Below are positions 43,646-54,257 of a DNA stretch of 64,000 nt, one piece after another. The DNA comes from an uncultured delta proteobacterium (GTDB taxonomy: Bacteria > Myxococcota_A > Polyangia > Polyangiales > B10-G4), in contig CAVSGI010000011.1 of NCBI GenBank assembly GCA_963727445.1, forward strand, positions 110,954-174,953, in the 5' to 3' direction. Under the pieces are notes generated by a model, which worked only from the letters and a program-made list of their open reading frames with translations, made no database searches and was not told where the DNA came from. The first letter of the stretch is position 1. Every line of letters starts with the position of its first letter. Position numbers and translations under genes: made by a program.

Positions 43646-44941
43646 TCAGTGTGGGGGAGGGAGCTTGGCGTGCGAGTCGCCGAAGAGGCCCTTCACGAAG
43701 CGCCAGAGCTTTGCGTACCAGGGCGGCTGCTCGCCGAGCACCGATTCGAGGACCTCGAGGATCTGATCACCCTCGAGCCCGGTTCCGGAGGCGCGGGGTG
43801 AGCCGCCGATGTCGCCCGAGCCACCCCAGAGGTTGGGGTTCTCGCCCCCGCTGCTCGCCTTGGGATCGATCTTGTTGAGCGCACGGTAGACCGCGGTGAG
43901 GTCCTTGCGCAGAAACGCGTCGCAGAGGCGCAGGGTGTACACGCCCGGCGCCGTCTGCAGAACGATCACGCCGAGGTCCGAGCCGTAACGCTCCTTGAGC
44001 CGTTCCTCGACGGCGTAGATGCCTTCGCCCGATGCGAGAAGGACACCGATCCGCCCGTTGGCGAGGCTCGCGCGGCCGCTCTCCTGGGTCTCGGCGAGGC
44101 GCTCGAGAACTTCGATCGGCAGAAGGCCCGCGTCGACGCGCTCGAGCTGAGCCCTGGCGTATTCGACGAAATCGATCGAAGGCCAGGCGCCCTCACCCTT
44201 GAGCTCGCGCTCTTCGGACATGAGGTCGTCGATCTGCCCGCGGACCTCCGCCTGGACCTCTTCCGAGAATCCGGTCAGCAGAGCGCGCTCCGTTCCGTGC
44301 CCGTCGATCACTCCTTCGAGGCGGATCAACGGCATGATGCGCTTCAAGAGCGCCTTGTCGTCGTTCAGGAGGTCGACGTGGTTGAGCAGCACCCACGCGG
44401 CGAGCATCGAGTCGAGGTCCGGGTCGTTGACGTACACCGTCCACATCCCGGAGGAGAGCGGCAGCCCTTGGAGGAGCATCACCACGGCCTGCTCGCAGGT
44501 GGAGAGGGTGAAGGCCCGCACGCAGCCGGCGTGGTGGTCGAGGGAGTAGTGGCGCGCTTCGTTGTCGAGGAAAGGCGCGCCGGCGTACACCCCGTCGAGG
44601 AAGATGGTCTGTGCGTCGTAGTTCTTGCGATGCCGGGCGTCGACCGTCAGTCCGCGCTCCACTCGCAGCCGAATGTTCGGCGCGTTGCCCGACTCGATGT
44701 TGCGCGCGCCCCCTCCCGAACGGATGCGGTAACGCGTGAGGTCGCGGGGCGCCGTGTCTCGGTCGGGCTCCTCCGAGGACTCGTGGATCGGAGAGCCATC
44801 GTCCACCACGGTGGCATCCGCCGACGGGGCGCTGGGGGTCGCCGCCTCTTCGACCGCCTCTCGAGCCTCGGGCGATGGAGCGCCGTCCTCGGACTTTTCG
44901 TCCGGCTTCGGAGAAGCTTCCTCTCGGACCAGGTGAGGCAT
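43646..44941 (-). CDS. Hypothetical protein with DHH-like motifs
   Basis: Acidic low-complexity N-terminus; IFLDG, LDHH, NDPDLD, WGGSGDIGGSPR. Confidence 0.65.
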   Translation of the reverse strand: MPHLVREEASPKPDEKSEDGAPSPEAREAVEEAATPSAPSADATVVDDGSPIHESSEEPDRDTAPRDLTRYRIRSGGGARNIESGNAPNIRLRVERGLTVDARHRKNYDAQTIFLDGVYAGAPFLDNEARHYSLDHHAGCVRAFTLSTCEQAVVMLLQGLPLSSGMWTVYVNDPDLDSMLAAWVLLNHVDLLNDDKALLKRIMPLIRLEGVIDGHGTERALLTGFSEEVQAEVRGQIDDLMSEERELKGEGAWPSIDFVEYARAQLERVDAGLLPIEVLERLAETQESGRASLANGRIGVLLASGEGIYAVEERLKERYGSDLGVIVLQTAPGVYTLRLCDAFLRKDLTAVYRALNKIDPKASSGGENPNLWGGSGDIGGSPRASGTGLEGDQILEVLESVLGEQPPWYAKLWRFVKGLFGDSHAKLPPPH

Positions 44942-45058
44942 CGACGATGGGTAAGGTAACACTCCCGCGAGAGCCGTCAGCCCCCGGCCAGCGGCCGCAC
45001 GGAAGTCCACAGCCTCGCGCTGTACCGTGAAACCAACATCGGTGGTAGACCGTCCGCC

Positions 45059-46489
45059 ATGTCGGACGAAGAGATGAGCCTGCCGGCGCCCGAGCGGGGC
45101 ATCTATTGCAACCGCACGCTGAATCTCCGGTCGATCCGCGCGATCGGTTTCGACATGGATTACACGCTCATCCACTACCGACCGGAGGAGTGGGAGCGGC
45201 GTGCCTTTGCGCACTTGAAGCGGCGCCTCGCCGAGCGTGGTTGGCCGGTGGGCGACGTCGAGTTCGATCCGAAGCAGATCACCCTCGGGCTCATCGTCGA
45301 CCTCGAGCTCGGCAACGTCGTGAAGGCCAACCGTTTCGGCTACGTGAAGAAGGCGATGCACGGGACGCGAGTGCTGGAGTTCGACGAGCAGCGGGCGGCC
45401 TACGCTCGCGTGCTGGTGGACCTGAGGGAGCCGCGCTGGGTGTTCATGAACACCCTCTTCGGCCTCTCGGAGGGCTGCATGTTCCTCCACGCCGTCGACC
45501 TCTATGACGACGGCCGCCTCGAGGGCGTGCACGGCTACGGTGACCTCTACCGCGCGGTGCGCGCGAGCCTCGACGCGACTCACATGGAGGGCGCGCTGAA
45601 GGCGGAGATCGCGGCCAACCCGGATCCTTTCGTCGTCTCGGACCCCGAGCTCGCGCTGGCGCTCCTCGACCTCAAGCACGCTGGCAAGAAGCTCCTGCTC
45701 ATCACCAACTCCGAGTGGTGGTACACGCGCGACATGATGCGAATCTGCTTCGATGAGCATCTGCCGGGGAAGATGACCTGGCGCGATCTCTTCGACGTGA
45801 AGATCGTGTCGGCGCGCAAGCCCGGTTTCTTCAGCAGCCGGTCCTCGCTCTTTCGAGTCGTCGACGAAGAGGGGCTCCTCAGGCCCGCGATGCGCATCGA
45901 GGAGGACGGGATCTACCTCGGGGGCAACGCGCAGCTGGTGGAGGAGTACCTGGGTGTTCCGGGGGACGACATCCTCTACGTCGGAGACCACGTCTTCGCC
46001 GACGTCAACGTCAGCAAGAGCATGCTCCGCTGGCGCACCGGGCTGGTGGTCCGGGAGCTCGAGGAGGAGATCCGCGCCCTCGAGAGCTTCAAGCCGAAGC
46101 AGCGAGAGCTCACCCGGATGATGGAGGACAAGATCCTCCTCGAGCATCGCTTCAGCGAGATTCGCATCCAGCTCCAGCGCCTGCGTCGAGGTTACGGGCC
46201 GCAGCCAAGGGACCACGCCGAGGCCCTCGACGCGCGCATGACGGCGCTACGCGAGAAGCTCGTCGCCCTCGACGCGAAGATCGCGCCCCTGGCGCGGGAG
46301 GCCGGCGAGCTGATGAACCCGAACTGGGGCCTGCTCATGCGCACCGGGAACGACAAGAGCCATCTCGCACGACAGATCGAGCGCTACGCGGACATCTACA
46401 CCAGCCGCGTGTCGAACTTCCTGCTGCACACGCCGTTTCTCTACGCGCGCTCGCCCCGAGGCTCGCTGCCGCACGACTCCGAGCCCTGA
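45059..46489 (+). CDS. HAD-IG family 5'-nucleotidase
   Basis: GFDMDYTL, LITNS, ARKPGFF, YVGDHVFAD, ERYADIYTSRVSN. Confidence 0.93.
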   Translation: MSDEEMSLPAPERGIYCNRTLNLRSIRAIGFDMDYTLIHYRPEEWERRAFAHLKRRLAERGWPVGDVEFDPKQITLGLIVDLELGNVVKANRFGYVKKAMHGTRVLEFDEQRAAYARVLVDLREPRWVFMNTLFGLSEGCMFLHAVDLYDDGRLEGVHGYGDLYRAVRASLDATHMEGALKAEIAANPDPFVVSDPELALALLDLKHAGKKLLLITNSEWWYTRDMMRICFDEHLPGKMTWRDLFDVKIVSARKPGFFSSRSSLFRVVDEEGLLRPAMRIEEDGIYLGGNAQLVEEYLGVPGDDILYVGDHVFADVNVSKSMLRWRTGLVVRELEEEIRALESFKPKQRELTRMMEDKILLEHRFSEIRIQLQRLRRGYGPQPRDHAEALDARMTALREKLVALDAKIAPLAREAGELMNPNWGLLMRTGNDKSHLARQIERYADIYTSRVSNFLLHTPFLYARSPRGSLPHDSEP

Positions 46490-46495
46490 GCGGGC

Positions 46496-47023
46496 TCAGC
46501 GGTGATGACCGCCGCCGTGGAACCCGCCACCGCGGAAGCCGCCACGGAAACCGCCGCCACCGCGGAACGCTCCGCCGCGGAAGCCGCCGCCGACGCGGAC
46601 GCTGGGACGATTGATGTGCACCCGGCTGCGCCCACCGCCGCGGACGCTGGGCCCACGGACGGGCGGCCCTTGGACGCGCACGTGCGGGCGGCCGCCGCCA
46701 CGCACCTGCACGGTCGCTCTCGGCCGAGCGTAGACACGGCCGCGCGGTTGCTGCACGACGACGCGCCCGCCGCCGCGGTTGTACCCTCGGTTGTACCGAT
46801 AGCCGGGGGCCACATAGGCGCCGCCGCCGTAGTAGCCGCCGCCGCCGTAGTAGCCGGTGCCGCCGTAGTAGCCGTTGTTGTAGTAGCCGTTGCCGTAGTA
46901 GCCGGTCGAGTACCCGGCCCCGGCCCCGTAATAACCAGGGGCGGGGCCACAGGCGGACGCGGTGAACGCGAGCGCAACGACGCTGAGCGTGAATACGAAC
47001 CGACGCTTCAGTGTGGTGGACAT
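46496..47023 (-). CDS. Tyr/Gly- and RGG-rich low-complexity lipoprotein
   Basis: TASAC lipobox; GYYG repeats followed by RGG/GGFRG repeats; GGAGG SD upstream. Confidence 0.7.
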   Translation of the reverse strand: MSTTLKRRFVFTLSVVALAFTASACGPAPGYYGAGAGYSTGYYGNGYYNNGYYGGTGYYGGGGYYGGGAYVAPGYRYNRGYNRGGGRVVVQQPRGRVYARPRATVQVRGGGRPHVRVQGPPVRGPSVRGGGRSRVHINRPSVRVGGGFRGGAFRGGGGFRGGFRGGGFHGGGHHR

Positions 47024-47093
47024 GAGACCTCCGTCGAAGGCTCTCACCACGGCTCGTTCGGCGAGTCGCGGAAGGGAGTCACCCATTGGACGC

Positions 47094-47109
47094 TGCACTG
47101 CCCATGCCA
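47094..47109 (-). promoter_or_regulatory. Putative sigma54 promoter
   Basis: Minus strand TGGCAT-GGGCA-GTGCA with correct GG/GC spacing, about 70 nt upstream of ATG 47023. Confidence 0.45.
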
Positions 47110-47209
47110 CTTGGGTTTCGGGAAGAAATCGTCATTTTCCGCGGATCCGTGAACGATCCGACCCGCTCGATCGTCCGATCCGGCCCGGTGAGTGGGGCGT
47201 TTCGACTCA

Positions 47210-47231
47210 GGTGCGAACGGAGGTTCGCACC
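47210..47231. terminator. Hairpin downstream of the ABC permease (terminator or operator)
   Basis: GGTGCGAAC-ggag-GTTCGCACC, perfect 9-bp arms. Confidence 0.4.
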
Positions 47232-47242
47232 GTCGGATGCCC

Positions 47243-48052
47243 TCAGTCGCCCAACACCCGCTTCTTCGTGAGGCGCTGGGCGAGGGCCGCGCAGAGCACC
47301 AAGAAGACCAGGGCGGTGCCGGCGAGCCATGCGAGGTGTGCGTCGACGCGCCCCGAGACCAGGAGCGCGCGCGCCGTCTCGGAGAGCTCGTAAACCGGGT
47401 TCAGCTGCAGGAGGGTCTGCAGCCAGAAGTTGTCGCTGTGGAGCGGGAAGTAGGTGTTGCTGATCAAGCCGAGGGGGACGCCGATCAGGAAGACGGGATA
47501 GTTCATGTGATCGATCGCCGGGACGACCGCCGTGAAGATCAAGGCGAAGGCGCCGAAGGTCCAACCGACCGCGAAAGCGAGCAGAGGCATCACGAAGAGA
47601 TAGCCCCAGTGGAGATCGACTAGACCGAGGATCTGGAAGACGCCGAGGACGGTCGCCACGATGGCGGTGTTCAGCGCGCCGCGCGCCCCGCACCAGAGGA
47701 TCTCGCCCCAGACGATGTGGTGGATCTCCACCTGGGTCGCGAGGATTCCGTCCCAGGTCTTTTGGTAGAACATGCGCACGTAGGACGCGTAGAGGCCTTC
47801 GAAGAAGGGAGTGGAAAAGGCGGTGTAGGCGAGCAGACCGGGCGCCACCCAGGTGGCGTAGGGAACGTCGGCGCCCTGATAGGCCAGGCTTCCGACGTAG
47901 GTTCCGAGGCCGAGGCCGAAGGCGACGAAGAAGATCACCGGCTCCATCGCGGGCGGAAAGAACGCCGTCTTCCAGTTGCGGAAGTAGACCAGCGCGTTGC
48001 GGCGGAGCACCGCCAGCGAGCGCCAGTCCAGAAAAGAGGTGAGCGCCGTCAT
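47243..48052 (-). CDS. ABC-2 type permease (NodJ-like)
   Basis: Six hydrophobic segments; APGLLA, QKTWDGILAT, VWGEILW. Confidence 0.88.
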   Translation of the reverse strand: MTALTSFLDWRSLAVLRRNALVYFRNWKTAFFPPAMEPVIFFVAFGLGLGTYVGSLAYQGADVPYATWVAPGLLAYTAFSTPFFEGLYASYVRMFYQKTWDGILATQVEIHHIVWGEILWCGARGALNTAIVATVLGVFQILGLVDLHWGYLFVMPLLAFAVGWTFGAFALIFTAVVPAIDHMNYPVFLIGVPLGLISNTYFPLHSDNFWLQTLLQLNPVYELSETARALLVSGRVDAHLAWLAGTALVFLVLCAALAQRLTKKRVLGD

Positions 48053-48981
48053 GGGTGTTCCTCGGAGATGGACACCGGGTCCAGCGAGAGCGAGAGGAAG
48101 AGGTCGTCGAGATTCGGGCGGCGAATGTCGAAGCGCGCGCCGCCGAAGCGATCGGAGAATCGCGCGATACCTTCGGTCGAGATGGGCGCGCGGAGCTCCC
48201 GCAGTACTTCGTAGGGCGTGACGTCGAGCGTGTCGCGAAGGAAGGCGAGCATCGCCTCGCGCTCCTGGGCGTCGGGGGGGACGATCAAGACGTGATCGCC
48301 GAGGAGACTGCCGAGGACGTCGCGGGCCGTTCCGTCGGCGACGCTCTTTCCATCGGCGAGGACCACCAAGCGGTCGGAGAGCTTCTCCGCTTCGTCCATG
48401 TAGTGGGTGGTGAGGATGATGGCCATCCCCGCGTCTCGGAGCGCGTCGACCAGCTCCCAGACCTCCACGCGGGCGCGTGGGTCGAGCCCGGTCGTCGGTT
48501 CGTCGAGGAAGAGGATCTTCGGGCGGTGGACCACCGAGCGCGCGATGAGCAGCCGTCGTTTGAACCCGCCGGAGAGCGCGTGGGGCGAGTAGTCGCGGTA
48601 GCGCGTGAGGCCGAAGGCTTCGAGCAGCTCTTCGATGCGCGCTTCGAGCCCTTCGACGCGCGGGCGGAAGTAGCTCGCGTACACCTCGAGGTTCTGATGC
48701 ACCGAGAAATCGTAGTCGAGGGTGTCCTCCTGGGTGCACACGCCGATCAGGCGCTTGAGCTCGGTTCGATGTGCTTCGAAGTCCTCGCCTCGGATGCGTA
48801 TCGAGCCAGCCTCCGGTTCGATGAAGCCGTAGAGCATGCGGAGCGTCGTCGTCTTGCCGGCGCCGTTGGGGCCGAGGAGGCCGAGCACCTCGCCTTCTGC
48901 GCAGGTGAGGCAGAGCGCGTTCACGACACGTCGTCCGTCGTAGCTCTTCACCAGCCCTTCGGCTTCGAGGATGGCGCTCAT
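48049..48981 (-). CDS. ABC transporter ATP-binding protein (NodI-like)
   Basis: GPNGAGKTT, LSGG, LFLDEPTTGLD, TTHYMDEAE. Confidence 0.93.
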   Translation of the reverse strand: MSAILEAEGLVKSYDGRRVVNALCLTCAEGEVLGLLGPNGAGKTTTLRMLYGFIEPEAGSIRIRGEDFEAHRTELKRLIGVCTQEDTLDYDFSVHQNLEVYASYFRPRVEGLEARIEELLEAFGLTRYRDYSPHALSGGFKRRLLIARSVVHRPKILFLDEPTTGLDPRARVEVWELVDALRDAGMAIILTTHYMDEAEKLSDRLVVLADGKSVADGTARDVLGSLLGDHVLIVPPDAQEREAMLAFLRDTLDVTPYEVLRELRAPISTEGIARFSDRFGGARFDIRRPNLDDLFLSLSLDPVSISEEHP

Positions 48982-49059
48982 CACCGCGGATATACCTTTG
49001 CTCGGCCCGGATGACGAGTCGCCTTGCCCCAACCTGGGGACTGTGCGAAAGGCGTGCGG

Positions 49060-50577
49060 ATGACTGCGCTCAAAAAGCTCGAGGCGCGGCTCGCGGAGAT
49101 CGACGACCTCCGCAAGGCGGCTGCGCTCCTGGAGTGGGATCAGCAGACGCACATGCCCACCGGCGGTGCGGCGAGCCGCGGGCGACAGCTGGCCACGCTT
49201 CGCCGTCTCGCGCACGAGCTCACCTCCTCTGACGAGACCCTGTCGCTTCTGGACGAGGCGAGCCGCGCGGTGGAGAGCCTTCCGATCGACCACCGCGACC
49301 ACGCGCTCTGTCGCATCGCGCGGCGCCGCGTGGACGAAGCACGACGCGTCCCGAGCGAGCTGGTGAGCGAGCTCTCGACCCATCTGTCCGCGAGCTACGA
49401 CGCCTGGACCCGCGCGCGTCCGGCGAGTGACTTCGCGACCATGGCGCCCTTCCTCGAGAAGACCGTCGAGCTCAGCCGGCGCTGGGCCGACCACTACCCG
49501 GAAGCCGAGCATCCCGCGGACCCCGCCATCGACGAGAGCGACCCGGGCATGACCGCGGCCCAGGTCCGTGCGCTCTTCGCCGATCTGCGCGACAAGCTCG
49601 TCCCGCTGGTCGAGGTGCTCGCTGCCGCCGAAGCGCCCGACGCGTCGTTCCTGACGAAGCGCTACGACGCGGATGCGCAGCTCGCCTTCGGTCGAGCTGT
49701 CATCGAGCGGCTCGGTTACGACTTCTCGCGCGGTCGCTCCGACCTGACCCATCACCCCTTCATGACGAAGATCGGGGGCGGCGACGTTCGGATCACGACG
49801 CGCGTGCGACAAGACGACCTCACCGACTCCCTCTACAGCACCATCCACGAGTGTGGCCACGCGCTCTACGAGCAGAACATCGATTCGTCCTTCGTCGGCA
49901 CGCCGCTGGACAACGGGACCAGCTCCGGTGTGCACGAGAGTCAGTCGCGACTCTGGGAGAACGTCGTGGGTCGGAGCCGCGGCTTCTGGGAGGCGATGCT
50001 CCCCCTCGCGAAGGAGCACTTCCCGAAGCAGCTGGGTGGCGTCTCCGTCGACGACATGTATCGCGCGGTCAACGGCGTGAAGCGCTCCCTGGTGCGCGTC
50101 GACGCCGACGAGGTCACCTACAACCTGCACGTCATGATCCGCTTCGACCTGGCGCTCGCGCTCCTCGAGGGCGAGCTCGCGGTGAAGGACCTGCCCGAGG
50201 CCTGGAACGCGCGCTACCAGTCGGACCTGGGCGTGACGCCCCCCTCGGCGCGCGACGGGGTGCTGCAGGACGTGCACTGGTACGTGGAGCGCGTCGGCGG
50301 GCTCTTTCAGGGCTACACCATCGGAAACGTCCTGAGCGCTCAGTTCTACGAAGCCGCGCTCCGCGCCGACGGCACCATCCCCGAGGCCATCCGGGGCGGC
50401 GACTTCGCACCCTTGAGGCGCTGGCTCGCGGACAACGTCTACCGCCACGGCAGCGTCTACGACCCCAACGATCTCGTCGAGCGCGCCACCGGCGGCCCCA
50501 TCTCGACCGAGCCCTTCATCCGCTATCTTCGCCAGAAGTACGGCCCGCTCTACTCGCTCTCCCTAGAAGCCGCCTGA
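49060..50577 (+). CDS. Carboxypeptidase M32 (Taq-type)
   Basis: HPF, DVRITTR, HECGHALYEQ, HESQS, VRVDADE, GVLQDVHW. Confidence 0.95.
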   Translation: MTALKKLEARLAEIDDLRKAAALLEWDQQTHMPTGGAASRGRQLATLRRLAHELTSSDETLSLLDEASRAVESLPIDHRDHALCRIARRRVDEARRVPSELVSELSTHLSASYDAWTRARPASDFATMAPFLEKTVELSRRWADHYPEAEHPADPAIDESDPGMTAAQVRALFADLRDKLVPLVEVLAAAEAPDASFLTKRYDADAQLAFGRAVIERLGYDFSRGRSDLTHHPFMTKIGGGDVRITTRVRQDDLTDSLYSTIHECGHALYEQNIDSSFVGTPLDNGTSSGVHESQSRLWENVVGRSRGFWEAMLPLAKEHFPKQLGGVSVDDMYRAVNGVKRSLVRVDADEVTYNLHVMIRFDLALALLEGELAVKDLPEAWNARYQSDLGVTPPSARDGVLQDVHWYVERVGGLFQGYTIGNVLSAQFYEAALRADGTIPEAIRGGDFAPLRRWLADNVYRHGSVYDPNDLVERATGGPISTEPFIRYLRQKYGPLYSLSLEAA

Positions 50578-50630
50578 ACGGCGCACGAGAAAGCGACACG
50601 AGCGCCGGTCCTTGTCACAATGATGCCGCC

Positions 50631-52004
<1,374 letters not shown>

Positions 52005-52028
52005 GCGCGATCCTTCTAACCTGACAGC

Positions 52029-53183
52029 GTGTTGGAATCGGGTGCGGGACGCGTCCTCATCGTGGACGACGAGGAGGCTGTCGCGAGAGGTTATGCGCGT
52101 GCGCTCCGGCGCGTGGGCTTCGACGTGGCCACGTCGGCGAGCGGCTCGGACGCGCTGCTTCAGTTCGACACTCAGGGCTTCGACGCGGTCATCTCCGACG
52201 TGTTGATGCCGGGGATGGGCGGCCTCGATCTGATCCGCGCCGTCCACGAGCGCGACCCGGACGTGCCGGTCATCATCGTCACCGGCGGGCCGAGCATCGA
52301 CACCGCGATCAAGGCGCTCGAGCGGGGGGCGATCAAGTACCTCATCAAGCCGGTGGACGTCGTGAAGCTCACCGACGAGGTGAAGCGCGCGATGCAGCTC
52401 CGCCGCATGGCAGAGGTCAAGCGGCTGGCGCTCGAGCTCATGGGCAACGCCGAGCCCCGCAACGTCGACCGGGGCGAGCTGAACGCCACCTTCAACCGCG
52501 CCCTCGAAGGCCTCTACGTTCACTATCAACCCATCGTTCGGTGGTCGACGAGGTCGATCTACGGATACGAGGTCTTGGTGCGCTCCCGCGAGTCGGGGCT
52601 CCCGCATCCCGGCGCCCTCTTCGAGGCGGCCGAGACCCTCGATCGCGTGGTGGAGCTCGGCCGCGCCATCCGCCGTATCGCGCCAGCCGCGCCCGACCTC
52701 CCCCCGACGGCCAAGCTCTTCGTGAACCTGCACCCGGCCGACATCAGCGACGACCTCCTCCTCGACCGCTCAGCGCCGCTCTTCGCGATGGTGGATCGCG
52801 TGATCCTGGAGATCACCGAGCGCTCCTCTCTCGAGCGGATCCCCAACGTCCGTGACCGGATCAACCAGCTTCGCCTCGCCGGCTACACCATCGCCGTCGA
52901 CGATTTGGGCGCGGGCTACGCGGGGCTCACCAGCTTCGCGATGCTCGAGCCCGACGTCGCGAAGCTCGACATGTCGATCGTGCGCGACATCGACCGCCTC
53001 GAGACCAAGAAGAAGCTCGTCGCCTCCATGGCGAACCTCTGCCGCGAGATGGGCATCAACCTGGTCGCCGAAGGCGTCGAGACCGAGGCCGAGCGCGACA
53101 CGGTCGTCGCCCTCGGCTGCGATCTCCTGCAGGGCTATCTGATGGCGAGGCCGGCGACCATTCCCCCGCCGGTCGAGTTCTAG
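52029..53183 (+). CDS. Response regulator with EAL (c-di-GMP phosphodiesterase) domain
   Basis: REC domain (IVDD, SDVLMP, KP); YQPIV, YEVLVR, EITER, DDLGAGY, AEGVE, LQGY. Confidence 0.93.
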   Translation: MLESGAGRVLIVDDEEAVARGYARALRRVGFDVATSASGSDALLQFDTQGFDAVISDVLMPGMGGLDLIRAVHERDPDVPVIIVTGGPSIDTAIKALERGAIKYLIKPVDVVKLTDEVKRAMQLRRMAEVKRLALELMGNAEPRNVDRGELNATFNRALEGLYVHYQPIVRWSTRSIYGYEVLVRSRESGLPHPGALFEAAETLDRVVELGRAIRRIAPAAPDLPPTAKLFVNLHPADISDDLLLDRSAPLFAMVDRVILEITERSSLERIPNVRDRINQLRLAGYTIAVDDLGAGYAGLTSFAMLEPDVAKLDMSIVRDIDRLETKKKLVASMANLCREMGINLVAEGVETEAERDTVVALGCDLLQGYLMARPATIPPPVEF

Positions 53184-54235
53184 CGGCTCGCCTCGTAGAG
53201 CTCGTAGTCGCCCGTGCGATTGCTGCAGAAGAAGATGTGGCGCAGGTCCGGTGAGACCCACGCGTCGGTGTCCGTTCCGATCGACGCGAGCTCGTCGATT
53301 CGCGTGGGGACCCCGAAGGGGCTGTCGAGATCCGGCCGCAGCGCCAGATAGATGTCGTAGCCCATGCCGCCGGTGCGATTCGAGTCGAACCACAGGCCGA
53401 GCCCCGTGGTTTCGAGCATCGCGCTACGGTCCGTCCCGTCCCCGCCGAGCGCGAGCGGTACCGCCGCCCCCCAATCGACGGCCGCGGAGGGACGCCGACT
53501 CTCGAGGATGTACGGGGACGTGGACCGACTCTCGATGACGATCGCGGTGATGGTTTCGCCCATGATGGGGGCTGCTGCTGAATCGCTCTGGGGGCTGCTG
53601 AGCGAGTCGACGTGGGCGGGAGCGGACCAGCGGTCGGCGCGGGAGGCGCGCGTTGAGCGGTAGATGTCGTAACCGCCGTATCCGCCGAGGCGGCTGCTCG
53701 CGAAGTAGAGCACCAAACCGTCGCCGCTCATCTCCGGCGTCGTCTCGGCGGCGTTGGTGTTGAGCTCGTCGAGGGAGCGAGGCGCAGACCAGCTGTCGGT
53801 GGCCGACGCCCGCTCGCTCATGAAGAGATCGTCGTCGCCGAAGTCGCGATCCGAGTTGAAGACGATCACCAACATGTCGTCGGTGAGGGTGGGGTCGTCG
53901 TCGAAGGCCCTCGGGTCCGACAGCTCCGTGATCAGCCGCGGTGCGCCGAAGGGTTCGGTCGGCCGTGGTGGCACGCCCGAGTCGACGACCGCATCAGGCA
54001 TCGCGCCGTCGACGGGAGGCACGGAGGTGTCCGGCTCGGTGCCGCTGTCCATGTCCACCGATGTGTCCGGGACCTGGGAGTCGATGGTCGAGGTGTCGGT
54101 CGACGGCGTCGTGTCCGCGGACGCATCGCCGCCCCCACCTTCCGGCGCGATGGCCGAGGTGTCGGTCGAGCATGCGAAGAGCCAGACGAGGAGCAATGGA
54201 GCGCTGCGTCTCAAGGTTCTTCCATCCTGCCGCAA
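53180..54235 (-). CDS. Lipoprotein with PD40/TolB-like beta-propeller repeats
   Basis: LFAC lipobox; repeated P..S.DGL.LYF.S.R.GG.G.YDIY motifs. Confidence 0.8.
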   Translation of the reverse strand: MRQDGRTLRRSAPLLLVWLFACSTDTSAIAPEGGGGDASADTTPSTDTSTIDSQVPDTSVDMDSGTEPDTSVPPVDGAMPDAVVDSGVPPRPTEPFGAPRLITELSDPRAFDDDPTLTDDMLVIVFNSDRDFGDDDLFMSERASATDSWSAPRSLDELNTNAAETTPEMSGDGLVLYFASSRLGGYGGYDIYRSTRASRADRWSAPAHVDSLSSPQSDSAAAPIMGETITAIVIESRSTSPYILESRRPSAAVDWGAAVPLALGGDGTDRSAMLETTGLGLWFDSNRTGGMGYDIYLALRPDLDSPFGVPTRIDELASIGTDTDAWVSPDLRHIFFCSNRTGDYELYEASR

Positions 54236-54257
54236 ACTCGCACCGATTCCGAGCGCC

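Noticed and set aside
47243..48981. Nodulation genes nodIJ
   Set aside because: Only a NodI/NodJ-like ABC-2 exporter, widespread in non-rhizobia; no other nod genes are present.
35774..50448. Very long ORF-track extensions (35774-38836, 36602-39124, 43646-46216, 48049-50448)
   Set aside because: The 5' extensions overlap real genes on the other strand; starts were reassigned to 36910, 37097, 44941 and 48981.
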